Part shown: positions 8,877 to 18,093 of the stretch, in pieces | Position numbering within the stretch: the stretch's first letter is position 1 | Layout of the letters: the number at the start of each line of letters is the position of its first letter | Source: Candidatus Poribacteria bacterium | Lineage (GTDB): Bacteria > Poribacteria > WGA-4E > WGA-3G | Length of the DNA: 64,000 nt | NCBI GenBank assembly: GCA_965205015.1 | Contig: OZ242029.1 | Coordinates: forward strand, 992,001-1,056,000 | Reading direction: 5' to 3' | Translations under genes and position numbers: made by a program | The notes under the pieces: generated by a model | The model's input: only the letters and a program-made list of their open reading frames with translations | Told to the model about the DNA's origin: nothing | Database searches by the model: none

Positions 8877-9255
8877 ATATCTGCTTGACACGAATATCGT
8901 TATTGCTCTGTTTTCCGAAGAAGTAAGGGTACAAGAGAAAGTGAGAGAGGTCGCAGTTGTAGCATCGGCTCCACCTATAATCGGTGAACTTCGCTATGGT
9001 GCCCAAAAATCTGACAAAGTCTCGGAGAACCTCCACAGAATTAACAGGTTCGTGCAACAAAATGCTTTCTTTCCTTGTGATTTAGAGACAGCACAGTGGT
9101 ACGGAATCATCAAAGACGAGTTGCGTCGGAAGGGCCGCCCTATCCCAAACAACGACCTCTGGATCGCATCAATTGCCTTACAATATGACTTGATTCTTGT
9201 CACACGAGACTCACATTTTGATCAAGTAGAATCTCTACAGACAGAATACTGGTAA
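8860..9255 (+). CDS. vapC: VapC PIN-domain toxin
   Basis: YLLDTNIVI, GELRYGA, GRPIPNNDLWIASIA, LVTRDSHF motifs. Confidence 0.92.
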   Translation: MNQNGRYLLDTNIVIALFSEEVRVQEKVREVAVVASAPPIIGELRYGAQKSDKVSENLHRINRFVQQNAFFPCDLETAQWYGIIKDELRRKGRPIPNNDLWIASIALQYDLILVTRDSHFDQVESLQTEYW

Positions 9256-9258
9256 CTC

Positions 9259-10632
9259 CTACACCAATAACAGATACGGGTCTTGAATATAACTGGAGAC
9301 TGTTTGTAGGAACTGCGCTGCAGGGGCACCATCTACCACACGGTGATCGAATGTCAAACTCAGCGTCAGCATGCTCCGAACAACAATTTCATCGTCGTGA
9401 ACGACCGGTTTCTTCAGAATCCGTCCCACCCCAAGAATAGCACTCTCCGGTGGATTGATAATAGGTGTGAACGCGTCAATCCCGAAGTTTCCGAGATTTG
9501 TAATCGTAAAGGTGCCCCCTTGAAGTTCACCAGGTGTCAGTTGATTACTGCGCGCCCGCTCTGCGAAACCTCTCACCTGTTCAGAAATTTCGGATAACCG
9601 CTCCTTGTCGGCATTTCTGACGACAGGGACTACCAATCCGTCTTCCAATGCGACTGCCACACCGATGTTAATTTCCGGCAATAGATGAATGCCTTCGTCT
9701 ATGAGTGTTGCGTTGAGGCGCGGATGTTCCCCCAAAGCGTTTGCGACGACTTTAACGAGCAGATCGGTATAGGTGAGACTTACCTCTCTCGTCTGTAACT
9801 TATCGTTGAGCATCCCACGGAGTTCGACGAAAGCCGTTGCGTCAACCTCTGTGTGGAGTGTGACGCTGGCGTTGGTTTGAAGACTCAGGGTCATCCGCTC
9901 TGCGATAATTTCACGGATGCCACCCATAGGAATAACCTCTGTCTCCTGTTGAAGAACAGGGGTCTCTATAACGGGGGCTTCAGCGACGGCTGCGCTCGCT
10001 TGTAAGACATCGTCACGGACGATTCTGCCCTCGGGTCCTGAACCGACAATTGAAACCAGATCGACGCCATGTTCTTTCGCCAATCGCCGGGCAAGCGGTG
10101 ATGCCTTAAGCCGGGTGGTTTCTTCGATCGGCGCCGGTCCTCTCAAGTCAATATATCGCTGGACATCGCTTTCAAGGATACGTCCGCCGGGTCCCGAGGC
10201 TTTGACTTCGGTCAAGTCAATAGCGAGTTTTTCGGCGAGTTGACGTGCCGCTGGCGAGGCTTTTGGTGCGACAGCCGTCGTCGGTGGCGTTGCCTTCGGT
10301 TGCGCGGGTTGTACTGACGCTTGCGGTTCCGGCGGGGTGTCCACTTCAACGGGTTCGGGGGGCGTGTCCACCTCAACGCGTGCCACTTCCTCTCCGGGTG
10401 CGCCGATAATCGCTAACAGGGCATTGACAGGAACATTGGCGCCTTCCTCAGCAAACAATTGCGCGATGACACCATCAGTAGGGCATTCTTGTTCATGGAC
10501 GACCTTATCGGTTTCAATCTCTAACAAAGGCTGTCCTTGTGTGACGGTATCGCCCTCCTTCACCAGCCATTTCCCGATTTTCCCTTTGGTCATTGTCTGA
10601 TCCATCTGAAGCATTCTTAATTCAACTGCCAT
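9259..10632 (-). CDS. Dihydrolipoamide acyltransferase (E2) of a 2-oxoacid/acetoin dehydrogenase complex
   Basis: Lipoyl EIETDKV, two E3-binding domains (ASP.AR.LA), catalytic DHRVVDG. Confidence 0.93.
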   Translation of the reverse strand: MAVELRMLQMDQTMTKGKIGKWLVKEGDTVTQGQPLLEIETDKVVHEQECPTDGVIAQLFAEEGANVPVNALLAIIGAPGEEVARVEVDTPPEPVEVDTPPEPQASVQPAQPKATPPTTAVAPKASPAARQLAEKLAIDLTEVKASGPGGRILESDVQRYIDLRGPAPIEETTRLKASPLARRLAKEHGVDLVSIVGSGPEGRIVRDDVLQASAAVAEAPVIETPVLQQETEVIPMGGIREIIAERMTLSLQTNASVTLHTEVDATAFVELRGMLNDKLQTREVSLTYTDLLVKVVANALGEHPRLNATLIDEGIHLLPEINIGVAVALEDGLVVPVVRNADKERLSEISEQVRGFAERARSNQLTPGELQGGTFTITNLGNFGIDAFTPIINPPESAILGVGRILKKPVVHDDEIVVRSMLTLSLTFDHRVVDGAPAAQFLQTVSSYIQDPYLLLV

Positions 10633-10708
10633 ATTTTAATTTTCCTTGCGGTTCGATAAGATTCGTTCTACGAGAATGATCTTCTCCGTATACCCACCCA
10701 GTGCGATA

Positions 10709-11014
10709 TCATGAGTGCGCCTCAATCAATTCAATCAACAATTCAACATTCGCATCTTTTTCCAGAATAAGTGCAAATTTATGGTATTCGTCGCCCTTAA
10801 AAATCGCCTGAATAAAGGGACTAAACGCTATTAAGAGTTGACTCCCCAAAAAGTTAAGTGGCTTACCGGTCTCTAAAAAAAGAATTGCGGGCGCGGTTAA
10901 ACCGCGCCGTACAATCCACGTTGCCGCCTTTTCAAGCAGGACGTGTTGCTCGGATTCAGGAATATCTTCAAGGACGCGTGGTATTTCAGGATTTGGATTG
11001 AACACAACGAGCAC
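10709..11014 (-). CDS. Conserved hypothetical protein
   Basis: 101 aa, AAGGAG SD, operon context. Confidence 0.7.
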   Translation of the reverse strand: MLVVFNPNPEIPRVLEDIPESEQHVLLEKAATWIVRRGLTAPAILFLETGKPLNFLGSQLLIAFSPFIQAIFKGDEYHKFALILEKDANVELLIELIEAHS

Positions 11015-11037
11015 CTAACTCCTTGCAATACACACCC

Positions 11038-12078
11038 TTAAATCTCTAAATCGCTCAAGTAATCGGCAATCTGCTTGGGTTGACCATCGAGGGTGGTCTC
11101 CATCGCGGCAATGACAAGCACGAAACTTTTGATATTGTCCTCAATCCGCGTATCAGAAGGTTCGCCACCATCAAGCCAATTCAGGAATTCATCAAAGAGA
11201 TGCTGATGTGCCTGATACGGAATTCCGGGTGCCTCGTAGACTTCGGTCTCTCCACCAACACGGTGGATCGTCATCTGGTTGCCGCCTGCGATTTCCACAG
11301 CACCCTCCTCAAACTCAGCGCGATAGTGTTCATGGTTCCAACAATTGACGATACCCGCCGATGAACTGTTGCCTTCATAAGAGGTATGGACCCCATTATC
11401 CATCCGCATCACATAGAAACCGCTGGAGTAATGTTGGAAACTCGACCATTCGGGATTCCATCCAAACCCGATCAAAGTCTCACAATCGCCTCCTGAGAGG
11501 AACCGAAGCATGTCAAGATGATGGACGGAACCTTCAAAAAGCAGCCCGAAATCCATATCGTGCCGCCACGCCTTGCCCCACGAAAGATAACGCCGGTAAT
11601 CACACGCGTATCTTCCTACAATGTGTTGAAGCCGTCCCAACCTGCCCTCATCGCGGATACGAATCAACTCCTGTTTATTGTCTGCATAACGATAATTTTG
11701 AATAATAGCACACGGCAATCCTGTTTTTTGGGCGGTGTGCACCATCGCTTTTGCTGCGTCTAAGGTGTCCGCGATCGGCTTTTCACAGATAACAGGCATC
11801 CCATTTTCCATAGCAGCTATTGCCGCAGGACTATGAAATTGCGGTGGAACAGCAATGCCACAGAAATCAGCCTTGACTTCTGCACAGGCCTCGTTAAAGT
11901 CCGTGAAGAGCTGTGAGGTGCCGAGCCCCAATGCCTCCCCCTGCGCTGTGAGCACATCTGTACTCACATCCGCTAAACCAACGATTTCGATCCGGTCGCC
12001 GAAATTATTCGTGAAATTGTTAATCCAGCCACCCGCCATGCCACTTCCACCAATCATTAAACACGTTCGTTTTGCCAT
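11038..12078 (-). CDS. Gfo/Idh/MocA family oxidoreductase
   Basis: ICEKPIA and GSVHHLD motifs. Confidence 0.9.
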   Translation of the reverse strand: MAKRTCLMIGGSGMAGGWINNFTNNFGDRIEIVGLADVSTDVLTAQGEALGLGTSQLFTDFNEACAEVKADFCGIAVPPQFHSPAAIAAMENGMPVICEKPIADTLDAAKAMVHTAQKTGLPCAIIQNYRYADNKQELIRIRDEGRLGRLQHIVGRYACDYRRYLSWGKAWRHDMDFGLLFEGSVHHLDMLRFLSGGDCETLIGFGWNPEWSSFQHYSSGFYVMRMDNGVHTSYEGNSSSAGIVNCWNHEHYRAEFEEGAVEIAGGNQMTIHRVGGETEVYEAPGIPYQAHQHLFDEFLNWLDGGEPSDTRIEDNIKSFVLVIAAMETTLDGQPKQIADYLSDLEI

Positions 12079-12235
12079 ATTTTTAATTTTCCTTGCGGCT
12101 CAATAAGGCTGGTTTTATCGGAACGATCTCCTCCGTATATCCAGCCCGGCGCGATGCTTGGGCTTACGCGCTCTGTTTAATTCCTAATTCTTGGATAATA
12201 ATAAAAATAAAAACACATTATGCTTGAGGGCACCC

Positions 12236-12748
12236 CTACGAAGCAGATTTCTGCATGAGTTTACCTCGTAAGACGTAATCGTCTTTGCCGCCTCGGACGC
12301 GTTCAAGTTCCGCTTCGGTAGCCTCACGGCGCACTTTTGCTGGGACTCCCATCGCAACGGCACCCGGTGGGATTTCCTGTCCTTCGCGGACAAGCGTCCC
12401 AGCCGCGACGATGGCATTTTCGCCAATCACTGAACCCGTTAAAAGAATCGCTCCCATGCCGATCAGTGCCCCGTCCCCAATAGTGCAACTATGGAGGATA
12501 GCACCGTGCCCGATCGTAACGTCATCACCGATGAGACACGGAATCTCTTTATCCATATGTATTACCGCACCGTCCTGAACGTTAGTACGACATCCAATTC
12601 GGATCGGTTCTAAATCCCCGCGGACCACACTGTTAAACCAGATGCTCGATTCTTCCCCAATTGTTACATCGCCAATAATCATCGCCCCCGGAGCGACGAA
12701 CACAGACGGATGTACGTTCGGTGTTATGCCTTCATACTCTATCAACAT
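12236..12748 (-). CDS. Gamma carbonic anhydrase family protein
   Basis: Hexapeptide repeats; RGD, NVQDG..IH, IGHGAILH motifs; start placed at MLIEY. Confidence 0.9.
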   Translation of the reverse strand: MLIEYEGITPNVHPSVFVAPGAMIIGDVTIGEESSIWFNSVVRGDLEPIRIGCRTNVQDGAVIHMDKEIPCLIGDDVTIGHGAILHSCTIGDGALIGMGAILLTGSVIGENAIVAAGTLVREGQEIPPGAVAMGVPAKVRREATEAELERVRGGKDDYVLRGKLMQKSAS

Positions 12749-12887
12749 ATTTTTAACTGTTGGCTGGTGACTGCTTACCACTAAGTCCTAAGCAGGTGGT
12801 TGATCGTCCCGTACGGGTTCTCTATAGCAGTGCAGCCGCTCCTTTCTCAACTGTTGGCTGGTGACTGTTCGGTCAGCAACACCAAGA

Positions 12888-14561
12888 TTAAAAAAACTGC
12901 TGCGCAACTAACAACTTACGGAGATTTCCTATTCCCCATCTATAAGATATTGCGAATATACCCGCAAGGAGGATTACCAATCCAACAAACGCGATGAGAC
13001 TCTCCATATACCATGCTATCACCAACGCAAGAACAAGTGTCACATCAATAATGAGCGTTACTGTGAATGTCAAAACCCGCAAGATCGGCTTCGTCTGATA
13101 TGTCAATTCCGCCATCCACGGCAAAGTTCCAATCGCTGTATTCAAGGCACACGCCGTCGGAAGTGTTAAGATAGGCGTTAGCATCACTGGCATCCAAGCA
13201 TCCCTCGGAATTTGGAGCAGACCAACAGCAAATAGAGACCAGAATTCAGCATAAACTAATGCACAGAGCAGCGCAGCCATGAATTTACTCGTGAACACCA
13301 ACCCTGGCGTAACAGGGGCGGCTCTCAGCATCCACCATGTCTTCGCCTCATCTCGAAAACCGTTACAACTGATACCGAAGGTAATAAGCATACTATAAAG
13401 AACTATCTGCACAGTAAGAACCAGTCCAGCGTTCGCATCCGCACTGCTTTCCTGCACGAGTAAGATCGCGATGTGAACTACCAAAAACAGTGTGAGCATC
13501 ACAATGGCAATTAACCGTCCACTATGCCTTACGAAAATAAGAAAGTCCTTTAGCATCATAGATCGTATCTTACCACGTCCAAGTGTCCCTCGTATGCGTT
13601 CCAAACGCGATCCCTTAGACTGGCGGAAGTCTATAGAGGTTTGCGGGACAATAGTACTCCGCACGGATTTACGCTTGGAAACCTTCAACTGCCGAATATT
13701 TTCCCAACCGCGCTGATAAATCAGTTGTGCGACGAGCGTTGCCATTCCGGCAGCGACGAGACTGCCTCCAATACCTCCCAGTACCCACCTCAACCGGACA
13801 CCTATTGTGGATTCAGTCACCCAACCCAACAGAAGCTTCCCAATCCATTCGTGTGGATACCATGAAGCAGTCGTATCCGTCGTCCTCCCGGAAACCCAAT
13901 CGAGCAAAAATTGCTTTATGTGGATCGGTTCAAACTCGAAAAACAGTGTTAACGATAACAGAAAACCTACTGTTACGCCGATTGCAGTGCCAAGGACCTT
14001 GAGTGTCGCGAGAAGCCATCCTGACGAAAAGAAACGCGCAATCAACATCACGCCGATGGTAACATAACTTGCAATCATTATTAGAAGACACAAGCATACT
14101 GGAAACAGTATAGCGTAAAAATGCCACGGTAATTCAAATATCAGACCGAACGCTACCCACGGAGGTCCTAAAAAACAGAGGATACTCAGAAAGCGGGTGA
14201 TCGTGAGATGAATGAGCTTATATCCGAAAATCGCGATCGGTTGAATCGGTGCCGCGTGTAGCAATGCGGTGTTCGGTGCTTCATACAAACTTTTCAGCGA
14301 ACTCTCCATCAATTCCTTGGCAACGACGATAATCCCGAAGATCATGAATCCATTAATTACACCCAGCAGAAGTGCCGGCTCCGCCTCAGTGAGTCGTAAA
14401 TGTGTGAAGAGAGAGTTCCCCAACACCGATAGGGCAACGATAAAAACGAGATAACCGACACCCTTTAAAGCGGCTTTTCGCCACGCTTCCCCACCGCGCC
14501 TCAGACCATTTAACCACCCTTGCAAATCCGCTCTTAACAGAATTATCACATTTTTTGACAT
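12888..14561 (-). CDS. Putative ABC-2 type exporter permease
   Basis: Multiple TM helices, KDFLIFVR motif, downstream of an ABC ATPase. Confidence 0.75.
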   Translation of the reverse strand: MSKNVIILLRADLQGWLNGLRRGGEAWRKAALKGVGYLVFIVALSVLGNSLFTHLRLTEAEPALLLGVINGFMIFGIIVVAKELMESSLKSLYEAPNTALLHAAPIQPIAIFGYKLIHLTITRFLSILCFLGPPWVAFGLIFELPWHFYAILFPVCLCLLIMIASYVTIGVMLIARFFSSGWLLATLKVLGTAIGVTVGFLLSLTLFFEFEPIHIKQFLLDWVSGRTTDTTASWYPHEWIGKLLLGWVTESTIGVRLRWVLGGIGGSLVAAGMATLVAQLIYQRGWENIRQLKVSKRKSVRSTIVPQTSIDFRQSKGSRLERIRGTLGRGKIRSMMLKDFLIFVRHSGRLIAIVMLTLFLVVHIAILLVQESSADANAGLVLTVQIVLYSMLITFGISCNGFRDEAKTWWMLRAAPVTPGLVFTSKFMAALLCALVYAEFWSLFAVGLLQIPRDAWMPVMLTPILTLPTACALNTAIGTLPWMAELTYQTKPILRVLTFTVTLIIDVTLVLALVIAWYMESLIAFVGLVILLAGIFAISYRWGIGNLRKLLVAQQFF

Positions 14562-14702
14562 TTTTTAACTATCGGCTGATGACTGCCCTCCAAATGTAAA
14601 GCAAAACAAATTATGCCATTTAAGGCATAACTTCATTTCGGGCAGGTAGTTGATCTTCTCAAAGAGATATATTAGAGGCGCACAGTTCCTACTACAAGCA
14701 AT

Positions 14703-15461
14703 TCAAACATCCGCTGTAAGATCGAGAAAAATATCCTCGAGCGTCTCTGTTCCATCCTGACTGATATCAACAGGTCGTCCGTGACAGTCTTGATTTTTCT
14801 GCTGCAATTCCGCAAGGGTTCCCACAGCAATAAGTTGCCCCCTATTGATAATACCGACTCTATCACAAATACGTTCGGCAATTTCAAGAATGTGTGTTGT
14901 CATAAATACAGTGGAGCCGCGCTCACAACGTTCGCGCAAGATTTCCCTGACAGTGCGGGCACTCCTCGGATCCAAGCCACTGGTCGGTTCATCAAGGAAA
15001 AGAATTTGCGGGTGATGCACAAGGACCGAGATGAGCAGGATTTTCTTCTGCATGCCGTAAGAATACCCCTTGATTTGATCGTCAGCAGCATCGGTAAGCT
15101 CGAGTTGCTCCAGTAGCATACCCATCTCATTTTCAGCTTGTGCTGGTGGCACTTCATACAAATCCGCTATCATCCGGACAAACTGCCTACCGCTCAATGC
15201 TTCATAAAGTTGAGGCGTATCGGGCATCAGTCCAAGAATTGCTTTTGCCTGCAAGCTCTGCTTCTGAATGTCATAACCGCCAAGCGTTGCAGTGCCAGAT
15301 GTCGGACGGAGTAAACCCGTGAGCATATTGATTGTCGTCGTCTTCCCTGCTCCATTCGGTCCAAGGAACCCGAATATCTCACCGGCATCCACCTCAAGCG
15401 TCAATGCATCTACAGCACACAATTTACCGAAATATTTCGTCAAACTTAAGGTTTTAATCAT
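14703..15461 (-). CDS. ABC transporter ATP-binding protein
   Basis: Walker A GPNGAGKTT, signature YSYGM, Walker B LFLDEPT. Confidence 0.95.
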   Translation of the reverse strand: MIKTLSLTKYFGKLCAVDALTLEVDAGEIFGFLGPNGAGKTTTINMLTGLLRPTSGTATLGGYDIQKQSLQAKAILGLMPDTPQLYEALSGRQFVRMIADLYEVPPAQAENEMGMLLEQLELTDAADDQIKGYSYGMQKKILLISVLVHHPQILFLDEPTSGLDPRSARTVREILRERCERGSTVFMTTHILEIAERICDRVGIINRGQLIAVGTLAELQQKNQDCHGRPVDISQDGTETLEDIFLDLTADV

Positions 15462-16138
15462 TTGCGACTACTGCCTAAGACATCACTTTTAAGTTCTGCA
15501 AGCACCCGGTCGAGGTTAGCATCATCCGTGCGTTTTTTCAGATCAGCGGCATCGCGGCGATTTCGGTTTTCCCAAATTTCCGCCTCTTCTTCCGCCGATT
15601 TCAATTTTTGTTCAGACTGTGCTAAAGCAGTGGAGATCGCTTTTTCCGCTGTTGCGATTAATTTATAGAGTTTCGAGCGCGTCCCCGCTTGTTTCTGACG
15701 GTGGGATAGGTTTTCAGCGTGCCGCGCTGCACTTTGGAATTGCTGATAAAATTCGTGAAGTGCTGTTTTGAGGGTCTTTACGACCGCTGTCTGAGCAGCA
15801 ATTTGACGCTTATAACCGTCTGCCAGGTTCAGATGGTGTTGTCTGCGTCGTTGCGCTTCGCTTGCGCGTGCTGTGTCCTGATTCTGCAAAGCAGTGTTAG
15901 CCTTTTCACTCCACATGTTCGCTGTATCAACAGCCTCCTGATAAGCGCGTTTGAGTCTCTCTTCCTCTGCGATCACTATTGCCACCAGATCTTTTGCCTC
16001 ATCAAGTCGCACTTTCATGTCAACAACGGCTTTATCAAGCAGCGATTCGGCACCGTCCACCGCTTCCAGAAACTGGTTTATGTTTTTTCGAATCTGTTCT
16101 GAAATCTCCCTAAATCTTTTCATCATCATCGCCTCCAT
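15458..16138 (-). CDS. pspA: PspA/IM30 family protein
   Basis: All-helical coiled-coil ~220 aa with PspA-like pattern (W...A..AL....AR.A). Confidence 0.7.
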   Translation of the reverse strand: MEAMMMKRFREISEQIRKNINQFLEAVDGAESLLDKAVVDMKVRLDEAKDLVAIVIAEEERLKRAYQEAVDTANMWSEKANTALQNQDTARASEAQRRRQHHLNLADGYKRQIAAQTAVVKTLKTALHEFYQQFQSAARHAENLSHRQKQAGTRSKLYKLIATAEKAISTALAQSEQKLKSAEEEAEIWENRNRRDAADLKKRTDDANLDRVLAELKSDVLGSSRK

Positions 16139-16392
16139 CGTTCCATTATATCCAGTGTGCCGAGAAAATCAAGCGTAAACTTTTATCTTCATGAAAATCT
16201 AACCCTCCTCTGTGCCTATCGCCACAATGTAGCCGTCCCTCTTATTAGAAACATTGGGCTGAAAAAAGATAGTCAAAGAAACAATTTCCGACTTTTGGAC
16301 GGAACGAGGAAATCAGATACCGCTATTTTATCTGAGACGGACACAATGTTCCGTAATCAGCATTGACGAATTCTATGAAATAAAGTGCCAAC

Positions 16393-16959
16393 TTATCCAT
16401 GATGCCGCGCTTCTGTAAACTGGCGAAGTATTGTGATAGCGTCTGAAGGTCTACCCTCCTGTGGGGTCAACCAGACCTGAGGAGCATTCGGTTTCACCTC
16501 TAGCCATGCAGTATCCGTGCCCTGACTTCCTCCATGTTGCGACCCTATCCCACCAGATGCCCATTGTCCTAATATCATCTCTTTGGATAGGACCCAACAG
16601 TGAACATCATAGGGACTAAGCCCCAAACAAATGACAATATCGTAAACTTGATCTCTCAATTGCTGAAACTTATAGATACCACTCTTCCATAGGGTTGAAG
16701 ATTTTATCTCAACTCGCAATCCATTAATGATACGGTCAGCCTCGGAATCTGGAGAAGATGTAACATCAAAATTCTGTTCTATACACCATTGCTCTATAAG
16801 TTGTTCACCAACTTTCCCTCTTGTTCTGGAGGGTAAATCTTTAATCCAAGCGAATGGGCTTCCCACCCAGTCTGAATTATAATTTCTGTATTCGCTACGT
16901 AAGTTTGCAGCAATAGTGACTATTTCTCTCACATCAGAGTCAAACTGAAGATTTTCCAT
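16393..16959 (-). CDS. Putative type II restriction endonuclease (PD-(D/E)xK)
   Basis: GKVGE...ADRIINGLRVEIKSS; translationally coupled to the methyltransferase (TAATG). Confidence 0.6.
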   Translation of the reverse strand: MENLQFDSDVREIVTIAANLRSEYRNYNSDWVGSPFAWIKDLPSRTRGKVGEQLIEQWCIEQNFDVTSSPDSEADRIINGLRVEIKSSTLWKSGIYKFQQLRDQVYDIVICLGLSPYDVHCWVLSKEMILGQWASGGIGSQHGGSQGTDTAWLEVKPNAPQVWLTPQEGRPSDAITILRQFTEARHHG

Positions 16960-17834
16960 TAGATTACCTCCATCAATGCATTACAGTCAACGTTGACAAG
17001 CTCTATTCCATAAAATGCCAACCTATCCATAATAATTTTGATTCCCGGTATATTATTGTCAATTAAAATTGAGGATCGATTGTGCAGTGCTGCAGACTCA
17101 CCGAGTGTGCCACTGCCAGCAAAAAAGTCTAAAAGGGTATCACCGGGTGAAGAATGCACCTTGACAATACGATTGAGAATCCCGAGTGGTTTTTGCGTTG
17201 GGTAGCCGGTTTTTTCACCACCATTAGTGGCAACAATGGTATGCCACCAAACATCGGTCGGCGTTTTACCGCGCGCTGCTTTTGCCTTGCCGACTAATCC
17301 GGGTGCCATATACGGAATTCTGTCCATTTCATCAAAATTGAAGGTGTAGTGCTCCGGCGTTTTGGCATACCATAAAATATTATCGTGTTTGGCGGGCCAC
17401 CTCGACTTGGGTCTCCCACCGTAATCGTAAGCCCAAATAATCTCATTGACGAAAGCTTCGCGTCCGAAAATCTCATCAAGCATTACCTTACAATAATGCA
17501 CTTCGCGATAATCGATATGGAGGAAGAAACTGCCGTGCGGATGAAGCACACGATACGCTTCTTCAAACCGAGGTCGCAAAAACTGCAAATAGGCATCCGA
17601 ACTCTCAAACTTATCGGTGTAATGCGTGGTTTTACCTGTGAGGGTTCGATATGTGTTACCTTGGAAGCCGACCCGATCGCCATCGGTATCCAGTTCGACC
17701 TGGATCTCCGTACGCTTTTGGAGCTTTCCCGTGTTAAACGGCGGATCAATATAAATCAGATTGATGCTTTCATCAGGCACATACTTTTGAAGAATTTCGA
17801 GGTTATCGCCGTAATAAAGTTGATGCTTAGACAT
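16959..17834 (-). CDS. Site-specific DNA methyltransferase, beta class (N6-adenine/N4-cytosine)
   Basis: IYIDPPF motif IV precedes YPTQKP and LDFFAGSGT motif I. Confidence 0.93.
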   Translation of the reverse strand: MSKHQLYYGDNLEILQKYVPDESINLIYIDPPFNTGKLQKRTEIQVELDTDGDRVGFQGNTYRTLTGKTTHYTDKFESSDAYLQFLRPRFEEAYRVLHPHGSFFLHIDYREVHYCKVMLDEIFGREAFVNEIIWAYDYGGRPKSRWPAKHDNILWYAKTPEHYTFNFDEMDRIPYMAPGLVGKAKAARGKTPTDVWWHTIVATNGGEKTGYPTQKPLGILNRIVKVHSSPGDTLLDFFAGSGTLGESAALHNRSSILIDNNIPGIKIIMDRLAFYGIELVNVDCNALMEVI

Positions 17835-17953
17835 TTGATCTCCTATTCTGTATACAATCAGGTATGAGCGATATTCTTCACTGCCAAAGGCAAAAAGGAA
17901 TTAATTCCAGTTCTCAACACCGCTTACGATCTTTTTTCATCGCCTCCAGCAAC

Positions 17954-17982
17954 ATTATACCAGCGTTAGGGCAATATATCAA
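17954..17982 (-). promoter_or_regulatory. Sigma-70 promoter of the R-M operon
   Basis: TTGATA-17 nt-TATAAT with TG extension. Confidence 0.6.
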
Positions 17983-18021
17983 GATTATGTTCACGAACGT
18001 TTTGTGCACATGAGATTTTTC

Positions 18022-18050
18022 TTGACTCCACAAAATTTTTCGTGTAAAAT
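18022..18050 (+). promoter_or_regulatory. Sigma-70 promoter of ubiB (divergent from the R-M promoter)
   Basis: TTGACT-17 nt-TAAAAT. Confidence 0.55.
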
Positions 18051-18093
18051 TTTAAGAGCGGTATTGTCAGACTTATAAAGAGACGAGAACCTC

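Noticed and set aside
14598-14620. Sigma-54 promoter before the ABC permease
   Set aside because: TGGCAT is present but TTGC is not at the required spacing
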